Assembly (NCBI GenBank): GCA_035495615.1
Contig: DATJFP010000041.1
Coordinates: 857 to 64,856 of the forward strand
Source: Verrucomicrobiia bacterium
Lineage (GTDB): Bacteria; Omnitrophota; Omnitrophia; Omnitrophales; Aquincolibacteriaceae
Direction of reading: 5' to 3'
Length of the DNA stretch: 64,000 nt
Under the pieces are notes generated by a model that was not told the origin of the DNA, did no database searches, and worked only from the letters and a program-made list of their open reading frames with translations. Below, in pieces: positions 55,539-64,000 of the stretch; position 1 is the stretch's first letter; every line of letters starts with the position of its first letter. Both the position numbers and the translations under genes were made by a program.

Positions 55539-56204
55539 TTACGACGGTTTGACTTCCAGATCCGGAATGATTTCTTTTTCCCTGCGCGCGGCCGCCACCC
55601 ATTCTCGCACCGCGGGAAGGGAAAGCACGCTCTCGGCATAAGCCCGCGACACGGGATCGAGTTTCACGCCGTAAGTCCTGAAGCGCAGGCAAATGGGCGC
55701 GTACATGGCGTCCGCCGCGGTAAAGGCCCCGAACAGAAACGGGCCTTTTTTGCCGTAACGATTGCGGCATTCTTTCCAGATCGAGGTCACGCGGTTAACG
55801 TCCGCCTGGACCGGCGCGGGAAGCTTCTTCAAAGGGATAGATGCGCGGCAATTCATGGGCATGTGCCGGCGCAGGTTCACGAAGCCCGCGTGCATCTCGT
55901 TGGCGACGGCGCGCGCTTCCGCGCGGGACGCCGGGTCCGCCGGCCAAAGCCGGGCCTGCGGGAATTTTTCCGCGGCATACTCGCAGATAGCCAGCGATTC
56001 CCAGACCTTGACCTTGCCGTCGAAAAGGATGGGCACACGGCCCGCCTTGGAATAGCTGTCGATCTTTTTTCCCGAACCTTTTTGATGGATCGGGATCCTG
56101 ACCTCGCGGAATGGGGCTTTGGCCTGCTTCAACGCCAGCCAGGGGCGCAGCGACCACGACGAATAATTTTTGTTTCCGATCACAAGCGTCAGGTTGTTTT
56201 TCAT
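55539..56204 (-). CDS. gst: glutathione S-transferase (YfcF/GstB-like)
   Basis: A GST N-terminal thioredoxin-like fold (YSSWSLRPWLALK...GRVPIL.DG..VWESLAICEY) and a C-terminal helical domain. Confidence 0.85.
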   Translation of the reverse strand: MKNNLTLVIGNKNYSSWSLRPWLALKQAKAPFREVRIPIHQKGSGKKIDSYSKAGRVPILFDGKVKVWESLAICEYAAEKFPQARLWPADPASRAEARAVANEMHAGFVNLRRHMPMNCRASIPLKKLPAPVQADVNRVTSIWKECRNRYGKKGPFLFGAFTAADAMYAPICLRFRTYGVKLDPVSRAYAESVLSLPAVREWVAAARREKEIIPDLEVKPS

Positions 56205-56272
56205 GCCAAACCCTTTCTCAGGGAGTCAAGTATAGGCCCGGACAACGGGAGGGTCAAGAATTCCGGCGGGGG

Positions 56273-57070
56273 TCAGGCGCCGGCTTTGATGTTCTTCAGG
56301 CGTTCCAAAAAACGGTAAACTTCCGACGGCGATTTGAGGCGGAAGCGCGCCGCAGTCGGCTTTCCGGAGGTTTTCGAGACCCGCACCGCGAGCCCATTGC
56401 CGCGGATGGTCCTGAACGCGGCCTCATCCGTCGCGTCATCGCCGATGTAGATTGGGGCCACGCCGCTTCCGGCCTTGAAACGCTTCAGCAGCCATTTGAC
56501 GATGCAGGCTTTATCCCATGAAACCGCGGGCCGGATCTCCCAGACTTTCTTGCCTTCGGTCAGCACGATCCGGTGCCGGCGGCGCCACTGACGGAAAATT
56601 TCCGAGAACCGCTTTTTAATTTTGGCGACCTCCGCGGCCCGGACCTTGCGGAAATGCACGCTGAGCGTCAGCTTTTTATCTTCGATCCAGAGGCCGGGAA
56701 CGTTCCCGAGTTTTTTTTGCAGATCCCGGGCCAGGTCTTTCATGACCGGGCGCAGCGCGTCGGCGCCGGAATTCACATAGCGGACTTTCGGGCCTTCCAG
56801 CTCGAGGCCGTGATTGCCCGCGACCATAAGCCGGGGAATCCCGATTCTTTTTTTCACGTCGCCGAGCTCGCGGCCGCTGACCACGGCCACTTCGATGAAC
56901 GGCTCGAGCGAAGTCTCGCGGATCAGCCTGCGCTGCTCGCGGGAGATGCGGGCTTTTTTCGGATTCTTGACGATCGGCGTGAGCGTGCCGTCATAATCCA
57001 GGAAAAGGACGATCTTCTTGCCCCGGATGCGCGGCTTGATCTCCGCCCATTTTTCCAGCAAGTCCTGCAT
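56273..57070 (-). CDS. otsB: trehalose-6-phosphate phosphatase OtsB (HAD family)
   Basis: HAD motif I LFLDYDGTLTPIV, motif II AVVSGR, motif III/IV ...YIGDDATDE. The ATG overlaps the otsA stop in ATGA. Confidence 0.85.
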   Translation of the reverse strand: MQDLLEKWAEIKPRIRGKKIVLFLDYDGTLTPIVKNPKKARISREQRRLIRETSLEPFIEVAVVSGRELGDVKKRIGIPRLMVAGNHGLELEGPKVRYVNSGADALRPVMKDLARDLQKKLGNVPGLWIEDKKLTLSVHFRKVRAAEVAKIKKRFSEIFRQWRRRHRIVLTEGKKVWEIRPAVSWDKACIVKWLLKRFKAGSGVAPIYIGDDATDEAAFRTIRGNGLAVRVSKTSGKPTAARFRLKSPSEVYRFLERLKNIKAGA

Positions 57071-58551
57071 CACGCCTCCTGGAATTCGAATTTCAAGAGC
57101 TGGGACAGGACCTTTCCCGCCCAGCGGAAAATGTTGGAGTACGACACGGTCTCGCGCATCTTGCGCATCCTTTTTTCCTGCTCTTCGGCGCTCATCTGAA
57201 GCGCCTGGCAAAGCGTGTCCGCGAGGGACTCGGGATCGAAGGGATTCATGAGCAGCGCCTCGGTCAACTCGCGCGCCGCGCCGGTGAACTGCGAAAGCGC
57301 GAGCACGCCTTTCATGTCGGAGCGGCAGGCCACGAATTCTTTCGCGACCAGGTTCATGCCATCGTGCAGCGAGCCGACCAGGCAGACGTCCGCCATGCGG
57401 TAAAGCGCGAGGATATCCGAATACGGCATGTAGGCGCGCGTGAAGATGACCGGGGTCCAGGCGTCCTGGCCGTGCTTCCAGTTGATGCCTTCGACGAGCG
57501 CGTTGATCTCGTCGTTCAACTGCTTATAGCGCGGGATGTGAAGGCGGCTGATCTGCCCGAGCTGGAAAAAGACGACCTTCTGTTTGAACTCGGGATATTT
57601 TTCCAGGAAGCGGTCGTAGGCCCGCAGCTTTTCGGGAATGCCTTTGGTGTAATCGATGCGGTCCACGCCCACGATGAGTTTCATGCCCTGGAGGGCATGT
57701 TCGTCGCGGATTTCTTCCGCGCGCTTCAGGAAAGGCGCGGACTCGGCGCGGCTGGAGATCGTGTCGAAATCAACCGAGATCGGAAACGGCCGCACCAGCG
57801 TCTCGTGGTTCTGGTAGATGACCGAATTTTTTTCCCGGTCGATGCGGCTTTCCAGTTCGCGGTCCACCGTCGCCATGAAGTTGTCGCTGTGGTATTTGAC
57901 CTGGAAGCCCACCAGGTCGCAGGCGAGAAACCCTTCCAGGATTTCTTTTTTCTGCGGGCAGATGCTGAAGACTTCCGCGTTCGGCCACGGGATGTGCCAG
58001 AAAAGAGAGATGACCAGGTTCGGCTTTCCGGCTTCGCGCAGGTATTTGGCGGCCAGCGCCAGATGAAAATCCTGCAGCCAGACAAAGGCCTTCTGGTCCC
58101 CCACTTCTTCGAGGATGCGGTCGGCGAAAAGGCGGTTGACCTTCTGGTACGCGCGCCAGTCCTGTTCGAGAAAAATCGGGCGGTTGTAAGCGATGTGGCA
58201 AAGCGGCCACAGGCCCTGGTTTGAGTAACCGTAATAGTACTGGTCGCGCTCTTCTTTCGACAGGAAGATGCGCTGTAAAAAATAGGACGGATCTTCGGGC
58301 GGCATCTTGACCTTGCCGTCCGGCCCCACGGTGCGCAGGTCCTGCTCGCTCGTGCCCACGGCCACCCAGGTGCCGTTGACCGCCTGCATAACCGGGTCGA
58401 GAGCGGTGACAAGGCCTCCGGGCTCACGCTGGCACACGATCTTGCCGGCCTTGAGCGTATGATGATACGGCTGGCGGTTGGAGGCGATGACCAGCCGGTA
58501 GTCCGACATCCGTTCCTTGAACGTATTCTGAAGCGTTTCCTTAGTCCACAT
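57070..58551 (-). CDS. otsA: alpha,alpha-trehalose-phosphate synthase OtsA (GT20)
   Basis: 493 aa with GT20 blocks (LVIASNRQPY..., GYSNQGLWPLCH, FLHIPWP, LVGFQ, GVDRIDYTKGI, NPFD). Confidence 0.9.
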   Translation of the reverse strand: MWTKETLQNTFKERMSDYRLVIASNRQPYHHTLKAGKIVCQREPGGLVTALDPVMQAVNGTWVAVGTSEQDLRTVGPDGKVKMPPEDPSYFLQRIFLSKEERDQYYYGYSNQGLWPLCHIAYNRPIFLEQDWRAYQKVNRLFADRILEEVGDQKAFVWLQDFHLALAAKYLREAGKPNLVISLFWHIPWPNAEVFSICPQKKEILEGFLACDLVGFQVKYHSDNFMATVDRELESRIDREKNSVIYQNHETLVRPFPISVDFDTISSRAESAPFLKRAEEIRDEHALQGMKLIVGVDRIDYTKGIPEKLRAYDRFLEKYPEFKQKVVFFQLGQISRLHIPRYKQLNDEINALVEGINWKHGQDAWTPVIFTRAYMPYSDILALYRMADVCLVGSLHDGMNLVAKEFVACRSDMKGVLALSQFTGAARELTEALLMNPFDPESLADTLCQALQMSAEEQEKRMRKMRETVSYSNIFRWAGKVLSQLLKFEFQEA

Positions 58552-58594
58552 GTTGTCCTTTCGGCGAGGGAAAAAGAGAGGAGGCCGGAGAATT

Positions 58595-58731
58595 CCGGAT
58601 GGGAATAGAGCTCTTAATCCCTACGAGGTTAGCTGTCGGGCTCGGTTAAGAGTAACCGCTCCGCCTTTCGGCGGTTCGCCCCTGAACTTGGGTCCCCCGT
58701 TTTCCCGGCAAGCCGGAAAATTCGGTTTTTT
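58595..58731 (-). promoter_or_regulatory. candidate c-di-AMP riboswitch (ydaO/kimA class) in the otsA 5' leader
   Basis: The minus-strand RNA contains ACGGGGGACCCA and GAGCCCGACAGCUAACCUCGUAGGGAUUAAGAGC. These match two blocks I remember as highly conserved in ydaO aptamers (...GGGGGACCCA... and ...CCCGACAGCUAACUCCGGAGG...). It also has a GAAA-capped internal helix (CGCCGAAAGGCG). The element ends about 45 nt upstream of the otsA ATG. Confidence 0.55.
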
Positions 58732-58772
58732 GATTCTAGCTTAAGAGAAGCCGTTTTTCTTCGGGGTTTCCC

Positions 58773-59333
58773 TTAAAAATCGGACGCATCGTCGGGGATT
58801 CCCTTACCCGCGAGGATGGATTCGACGCCTTGCGGGACGTAACGGAAGCGGGCCTGAATGTGCTGGTAATCATTGTCGCGGGAAAGGCTGGAGAGCTGGG
58901 TCAGGATGGTTTGATAATTAGGATCGCCTTCGACTTTCTGCTTCAGCTTGTCGAGCGCCTTCTGCCGTTTTCGGAAGACCTTGCTCCCGGCGGCGATCGC
59001 GGCTTCGTCCTCGCCGGTCCACGGGAAATTCACGAAGGCGTTGAAACCCTGGTTGCGCACGATTCTTTCCGGCGCATGCGTCATCAGATAATAAAACCGT
59101 TCGCTTTTCTGGTCGGCCACGGCAAGCTGGTATTCCAGGCTGTCCTGGATCAGGTCCTTCAGGTCATGCAGATGCAGGCGCACGAGATGATGGAACGCCA
59201 CCTGGATTTTTTTCTGAGACTTGATGTAGTACTCCCAGGCCGGGTCCTGCGGAGCGGGCGCTTCCGCGGCGGCCGCGCGCGCGGCAAGAGAAAGAAAAAC
59301 ACCGAGCATCAAAAAAGAAATCTTCCGGGTCAT
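58773..59333 (-). CDS. secreted hypothetical protein (186 aa)
   Basis: Signal peptide MTRKISFLMLGVFLSLAARAAAA. No recognisable family. Confidence 0.5.
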   Translation of the reverse strand: MTRKISFLMLGVFLSLAARAAAAEAPAPQDPAWEYYIKSQKKIQVAFHHLVRLHLHDLKDLIQDSLEYQLAVADQKSERFYYLMTHAPERIVRNQGFNAFVNFPWTGEDEAAIAAGSKVFRKRQKALDKLKQKVEGDPNYQTILTQLSSLSRDNDYQHIQARFRYVPQGVESILAGKGIPDDASDF

Positions 59334-59926
59334 GGGTTTACCGGCTGCTTGTCATAGACGATTTGCAGCGACGGGTATTCCTTTCCGTCCGGGCCTTTGA
59401 GGAACAACTCGTACGTGTAGCGGTCTGAGTCCACGCTGTGCCACTCGGCGCGGAAATCCGCTTTCTTCCCCTCGGGCAGGTTGATCGTCCCGGTTTCGTA
59501 GATCGTGCGCCGGGTCGCGTCATAGGTGCCGGTGGAAATCTTCATGCCCGTGCCGCGGTTGTCCATGCGCGTGGAAACGTACGCGGCCGCGGCGGAATCG
59601 TAGCCCGTGATGCCGATGCTTTCCAGCTTGTCTTCGTTTCCCTGGATCGGCGCGCCGCGCGACTCCTGATAAAGGAAGCGGCCGCCCAGGACCCAGTAAT
59701 TCGTGTTCTTGCCTTTGGATTGATACGGCTCGGTGACGGACGCATCCGGCCAGAAAAGGACCGTGTTGTTCCAGTTGCCTTCGAAAGCCGCGAGGATCTT
59801 GTGCTGCGGGCCGGGCATGCGCGACTCCTCGGTCTGGGCCGGCGCCGGATCCTGCGCCCGGCCGCTGCCGGCCAGCATTATCGCAAGCACCGCCGCGAAC
59901 GCCAAAATTTTTGTCCCGCGTTTCAT
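59330..59926 (-). CDS. secreted DUF1579-like protein
   Basis: Signal peptide plus ...FEGNWN...VLGGRFL.QE... resembles the DUF1579 pattern. The family assignment is tentative. 4-nt overlap with the downstream gene. Confidence 0.5.
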   Translation of the reverse strand: MKRGTKILAFAAVLAIMLAGSGRAQDPAPAQTEESRMPGPQHKILAAFEGNWNNTVLFWPDASVTEPYQSKGKNTNYWVLGGRFLYQESRGAPIQGNEDKLESIGITGYDSAAAAYVSTRMDNRGTGMKISTGTYDATRRTIYETGTINLPEGKKADFRAEWHSVDSDRYTYELFLKGPDGKEYPSLQIVYDKQPVNP

Positions 59927-59939
59927 GTCGGTTCCTTTC

Positions 59940-60665
59940 TTAGCTCAAAACGTCCAGCACGCCGCGCAGCTTTTCCGGCAGCGGCGACTCGATGCGCACG
60001 CTTCCGGTGCCGGGAAGCTTGAGTTCGAGGCCTTTCGCGTGGAGGAAAAGGCGCCGCAGTCCGACCTGGCTGCGGAGTTTTTTGTTTAGCTCGAAATGGC
60101 CGTAAATTTCGTCTCCCGCGACAGGCCAGCGGCGGGCCGCGGCCTGGACGCGGACCTGGTGCGTCTTTCCCGTGATCAGCTCGATCTCCAGAAGCGAAAG
60201 CGCGTGCCGCGGAAAAAAACGCATCACGCGGTATTTGAGCTTCGCGTTCGGCGGGCCTCCGAGAACGCGCGAACGCACGCGGCCTTTTTGTTTCGCGACG
60301 CCGATCTTGTCGTTCCAGCGCCCCTGGCCCGGCAGGACTTTGCCCGCGACAAGTGCGTCGTAAATTTTCCGGACCTCGCCCGTTTCGAAAAGCTCGCGGC
60401 AGGCGCGCGCCGCGGATTTCTCGCGGGCGGCCAGAAGCACGCCGGACGTATCCTGGTCCAGGCGGTGGATCAGCCAGATCTTCCCGCGCGACGTTTCGAA
60501 AGAGCGCTCTTCGAAATCATACGCGCCCTCGAACGCGGAACGCGCTTTGGCGGTGCCCGGATTCGGATGCGAAAGCACGCCTTCGGGCTTGTCGACGGCC
60601 AGGAGTCCGTGAGCGTCGTAAAGCACGGGGCAGGAGGTCACCGAAGCGGATGGAGCAAGCGTCAT
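59940..60665 (-). CDS. RluA family pseudouridine synthase
   Basis: Catalytic motif HRLDQDTSGVLL and the downstream ...GKTHQVRVQ... block typical of the RluA family. Confidence 0.85.
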   Translation of the reverse strand: MTLAPSASVTSCPVLYDAHGLLAVDKPEGVLSHPNPGTAKARSAFEGAYDFEERSFETSRGKIWLIHRLDQDTSGVLLAAREKSAARACRELFETGEVRKIYDALVAGKVLPGQGRWNDKIGVAKQKGRVRSRVLGGPPNAKLKYRVMRFFPRHALSLLEIELITGKTHQVRVQAAARRWPVAGDEIYGHFELNKKLRSQVGLRRLFLHAKGLELKLPGTGSVRIESPLPEKLRGVLDVLS

Positions 60666-60720
60666 GTCGGCAGTCTAATGAGCCATGGGGCTAAGTCAAA
60701 CTTTTATTTTGCCGGAAAAT

Positions 60721-62367
60721 TCACGCTGCGGCGCCCGGAGGCACGAGGCGGAACCAGTAAAATCCATGCGGGGCAAAGGTCAGAAAATAAGGCAATTCAC
60801 CGATGGGCGGAAAGCTCACGTTGCCCATCAGCTCCACGGGAACGTGGTCTTTGTAGCGCGCCAGATTCAATTCGACCGGCTGCACGAACCTCGAGAGGTT
60901 GTTCACGATGAGAAGGATCTCGTCGCCGTAAGCGCGGACGTAGGCCAGGATCTTCGTGTTCTTCGAGTCCAGGAATTCCATGCCGCCGCGGCTAAACGCC
61001 TTGTGCTTTTTGCGGACGTTGATGAGCCTTTTCATCCAGCTCAGGTACGACGTCGAAGTCCTTTTCTGCGCCTCCATGTTCACGGCCTGGTAACCGTATA
61101 CCGGGTCCACGATGAGCGGCGCGTACAGCCGCGCCGCGTCGGCCGACGAAAACCCTCCGTTGCGTTCCCCGGACCACTGCATGGGCGTGCGCACGCCGTT
61201 GCGGTCGCCGAGGTAGATGTTGTCGCCCATGCCGATCTCGTCCCCGTAATAAACGACAGGCGTTCCCGGAAAGCTGAAGAGGATGCTGTTGAGGAGTTCC
61301 AGCTGCCTGCGCCCGTTGTTCATGAGCGGCGCCAGGCGCCGGCGGATGCCCAGATTGAGTTTCGCCTTGGGATCGGTCGCATATTCCTTGTACATGTAGT
61401 CGCGCTCTTCGTGCGTGACCATTTCCAGCGTGAGCTCGTCGTGATTGCGGAGGAAGATCGCCCACTGGCAGTTTTCGGGAATCTCCGGTGTCTGTTTGAT
61501 GATGTCCACGACCGGCGTCCGGTCCTCTTTGCGGATGGCCATGAAAAGGCGCGGCATCAGCGGGAAATGAAAGGCCATGTGGCATTCGTCGCCGCCGCCG
61601 AAATACGGGCGCACGTCGGCCGGCCACTGGTTGGCCTCGGCCAGCAGGACGCGCCCTGGGAAATCTTTGTCCATCTTCGCGCGAACCGCTTTCAGGTAAG
61701 CGTGGGTCTCCTGCAGGTTTTCGCAATTCGTGCCTTCCCTTTCGAAAAGGTAGGGCACGGCGTCCAGGCGGAACCCGTCGACGCCGGTTTTCATCCAGAA
61801 GGTCAGCACCTGGAACATGGCCCGCCGCACGGCCGCGTGATCGAAATTAAGATCGGGCTGATGGCTGAAAAAACGGTGCCAGTAATATTTCTTGGCTTTT
61901 TCGTCCCAGCTCCAATTGGACGACTCCGTGTCCGTGAAAATAATGCGCGCCTCTTTGAATTTTTTAGGGTCGTCCGTCCAGACGTAATAATCCCTTTCCG
62001 CGGCCTTGGCCGACGCGCGCGCCTTCTGGAACCACGCGTGCTGCTCGGAGGTATGGTTCATGACCAGTTCGATGAGGACGCGGATGCCGCGCTTGTGCGC
62101 CTCGCGCACGAATTCCCGGAAATCCTTGAAGGATCCGTATTCCGGAAGGATCTTGCGATAGTCGGAGATGTCGTAGCCGTCGTCCATGAGCGGCGACTGG
62201 TAGAAAGGAAGGAGCCAGAGGCAGTCGACGCCCAGCCCCTGGAGATAATCGAGCTTCTGAATCAGCCCCTGAAAATCGCCGATGCCGTCCCCGTTCGAAT
62301 CAAAAAACGAACGGACGTGAAGCTCGTAGATGATCGCGTCTTTGTACCACAAAGGGTCGTTTTCCAT
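60721..62367 (-). CDS. treS: trehalose synthase / maltose alpha-D-glucosyltransferase TreS (GH13)
   Basis: WYKDAIIYELHVRSFFDSNGDGIGDF...GVDCLWLLPFYQSP..DDGYDISDY...ELVMNHTS...GFRLDAV are GH13 catalytic blocks, with TreS-like size and N-terminus. Confidence 0.85.
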   Translation of the reverse strand: MENDPLWYKDAIIYELHVRSFFDSNGDGIGDFQGLIQKLDYLQGLGVDCLWLLPFYQSPLMDDGYDISDYRKILPEYGSFKDFREFVREAHKRGIRVLIELVMNHTSEQHAWFQKARASAKAAERDYYVWTDDPKKFKEARIIFTDTESSNWSWDEKAKKYYWHRFFSHQPDLNFDHAAVRRAMFQVLTFWMKTGVDGFRLDAVPYLFEREGTNCENLQETHAYLKAVRAKMDKDFPGRVLLAEANQWPADVRPYFGGGDECHMAFHFPLMPRLFMAIRKEDRTPVVDIIKQTPEIPENCQWAIFLRNHDELTLEMVTHEERDYMYKEYATDPKAKLNLGIRRRLAPLMNNGRRQLELLNSILFSFPGTPVVYYGDEIGMGDNIYLGDRNGVRTPMQWSGERNGGFSSADAARLYAPLIVDPVYGYQAVNMEAQKRTSTSYLSWMKRLINVRKKHKAFSRGGMEFLDSKNTKILAYVRAYGDEILLIVNNLSRFVQPVELNLARYKDHVPVELMGNVSFPPIGELPYFLTFAPHGFYWFRLVPPGAAA

Positions 62368-62512
62368 GATCCTGTCCGCACTGCCTGGAAAAGTTTGTTT
62401 CTATAGTAACACGGCCAGTCAAGCCGGTCTCGCAGCGAACGTCGGGAAAAGGCTCTATTTTCCGGCGGGGATTGCCTTCAAAGGCGGGCAAGCGGGGCGG
62501 AAACCGACAGGA

Positions 62513-62725
62513 TCATTCCCGCAAATCGATCAGTTTTTTGCGGACAAGATAAAGGAGGACTTCGGCAACGATATCCGGCTCATTGAGCACGAAGTCGTTC
62601 AGCCTCACGAAACGCCCCAGAACGCCTCTCAGGGATTCCATGTCATGCTTTTCCCCAGGCATACCCAGGGCTTCGAGGTCTTTGCGCAATTTATCGTTGG
62701 GGTAGGACTTTTCGGTAGGTGTCAT
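62513..62725 (-). CDS. small hypothetical protein (70 aa)
   Basis: Isolated ORF with reasonable composition and no recognisable family. Confidence 0.35.
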   Translation of the reverse strand: MTPTEKSYPNDKLRKDLEALGMPGEKHDMESLRGVLGRFVRLNDFVLNEPDIVAEVLLYLVRKKLIDLRE

Positions 62726-62877
62726 GGCGCCGATGCCTGATGGCCCCTGTCGCGCCCCGGCTTTAGCATGGAGACGTTAGCTTAAAGGGGCATTAAAGAC
62801 CAAATATAAAAATGTTATGTTGGGGATTCGCAATTATGCATGGGAGGCCTGGTTTCTGATTAAGGTATAGTGCGCTG

Positions 62878-63786
62878 ATGCTGCCCTTCAACTTTCATCA
62901 TCTCTATTATTTTTATACGATCGCCAACGAAGGCTCGATCTCAAGGGCTTCGAAATACCTTCGCGTGTCCCAGCCCGCGCTCAGCTCGCAGCTCAAGAAA
63001 TTCGAAAGCAACATGGAGCTGGACCTCTTCCACCGCGAAGGAAAATCGCTCGTTCTTTCGGACCAGGGCCGCATGGTCATGGCGTACGCGAAAACGATTT
63101 TCGATGCCGGGCAGGAGCTGTATGATTGCCTCAGGAACGTGTCGAAGAACGGGAGAATTCATGTACGGATCGGCGTCGCCACGTTTTCGCCTAAGGCCTG
63201 CACCACGTCGCTCGTGAATTTTTTTCTGGATAAGGAGCCGCAGGCCCACATCACGCTGGAAGAAAACAAGCTGGACGTCCTGGCCGAAAAACTGAACGAT
63301 CACGTGCTCGACATCGTCATTTCCGACGTGCCCTTCGCGGCCCGCGCGGGAAGCTCGATCCAGAACAAAATCGTGGCACACGTGCCGATCTTGTTCTGCG
63401 CGCACAAGGAAATCGCGCGCAAAATAAAGAAGCTCCCGGCCGGCTTGAATGGCATCCCGCTCATCCTGCCGCCCAGCATGTCGCCCATTCACGGGGCCGT
63501 GCAGGAATACCTGGTCATGCACAACTTGAAGCCCCACCTGAGGGCGGAGATCGAAGATCCGGAAGTCATCGGCAGGATGCTCGCCGCCAGAAAAGGGGTT
63601 TCGGCGTTGAACTGCTACACTCTCTTCCAGTCGCCCTGGAAGGAAGAACTCGTGCCGATCGGCCCGCCGCTCGAGATCGAAGACACGATTTTCCTGATTA
63701 CGAAAAAAAGAAAAGCGTCCCACCCCCTCCTGCAGCATACCCTCGAAAACTTCACGCTTAAGCTGCCGTCACGCTGCCGTTTTTAG
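62878..63786 (+). CDS. LysR family transcriptional regulator
   Basis: N-terminal HTH LHHLYYFYTIANEGSISRASKYLRVSQPALSSQLKKFE and a C-terminal substrate-binding domain. 302 aa. Confidence 0.85.
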   Translation: MLPFNFHHLYYFYTIANEGSISRASKYLRVSQPALSSQLKKFESNMELDLFHREGKSLVLSDQGRMVMAYAKTIFDAGQELYDCLRNVSKNGRIHVRIGVATFSPKACTTSLVNFFLDKEPQAHITLEENKLDVLAEKLNDHVLDIVISDVPFAARAGSSIQNKIVAHVPILFCAHKEIARKIKKLPAGLNGIPLILPPSMSPIHGAVQEYLVMHNLKPHLRAEIEDPEVIGRMLAARKGVSALNCYTLFQSPWKEELVPIGPPLEIEDTIFLITKKRKASHPLLQHTLENFTLKLPSRCRF

Positions 63787-63842
63787 AGACTCGCCTTCCC
63801 GCCTGCCGCGAAAAAGCCGCCCAGCCTCCCGCAAGGAAACAT

Positions 63843-63870
63843 TTGACGAAAAAAGGCAGTTCCCTATACT
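63843..63870 (+). promoter_or_regulatory. sigma-70 type promoter TTGACG-16 nt-TATACT
   Basis: A near-consensus -35/-10 about 45 nt upstream of the GTG at 63916, which is preceded by RBS AACGGAGG. Confidence 0.45.
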
Positions 63871-63915
63871 AGTCCCCACCTGGAAAGCACCTGAACCCTA
63901 ACAACGGAGGCCCCC

Positions 63916-64000
63916 GTGAAAACACCGTCCTTATGGAGCGCAGGGCTGCTTTCAATCCTCGCGCTTGCCTTGTTCTCTTCACCCCCAGCTCTTTTAGCCG
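63916..64000 (+). CDS. 5' end of a secreted protein gene (partial; runs off the window)
   Basis: GTG start with RBS. The N-terminus VKTPSLWSAGLLSILALALFSSPPALLA is a signal peptide. Confidence 0.4.
   Translation, partial: MKTPSLWSAGLLSILALALFSSPPALLA

Noticed and set aside
55528-55770. 81-aa N-terminal extension of the Dps ORF, and the overlapping ORF 55025..55639 (-).
   Set aside because: The extension is Arg-rich and overlaps the gst gene. Dps homology begins at the internal Met (MKPDIGLQGK...).
1-64000. A scan for CRISPR arrays, rRNA/tRNA genes, transposases/integrases or phage genes.
   Set aside because: I saw no direct-repeat/spacer periodicity, no tRNA-like cloverleaf signatures, and no recombinase or phage structural homologs. 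The window looks like core chromosome plus stress/envelope accessory genes.

Overview
This is a high-GC (~60%), gene-dense bacterial chromosomal window (~90% coding). I found no rRNA, tRNA, CRISPR array, transposase or integrase. Left to right it contains: a YaeQ-like protein and a cold-shock gene with a structured leader (1-1.9 kb); a peptidoglycan-recycling cluster nagZ / murQ-anmK with an SSF-family symporter (2.8-8.2 kb); a minus-strand operon of secreted and hypothetical proteins (9.3-12.8 kb), divergent from a translationally coupled four-gene operon ExbB-ExbD-TPR protein-(TonB-like anchor + vWA domain) at 12.9-18.1 kb; a ydbH-like/ynbE/ydbL envelope triad; an MFS transporter, OsmC and a flavoprotein; a giant 1166-aa cytoplasmic orphan (26.0-29.5 kb); a secreted EEP-family hydrolase; a three-gene two-component cluster whose PAS kinase carries an internal ~370-bp tandem duplication; a CPBP protease; a YbiT-type ABC-F ATPase; a PMT-like glycosyltransferase-TPR protein; two Hsp20 genes (one membrane-anchored) behind a sigma-54-like promoter; glnN (GSIII); rlmI, a GDT1-family transporter and efp; an Rrf2(Fe-S)-YezD-OprO/P-like porin-sulfate ABC transporter locus; and a stress/compatible-solute island (lpxL-like, dps, gst, otsB-otsA, DUF1579, rluA, treS) in which otsAB is preceded by what I read as a c-di-AMP (ydaO/kimA-class) riboswitch. 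The two candidates I rate highest are (i) the ExbBD-TPR-TonB-like/vWA module, a possible PMF-energised envelope machine with a vWA output domain in place of a TonB/TolA C-terminus, and (ii) the riboswitch-otsAB pairing. Coordinates for refined starts were derived arithmetically from the supplied ORF track. All homology statements are from reading the translations by eye, with no database searches.
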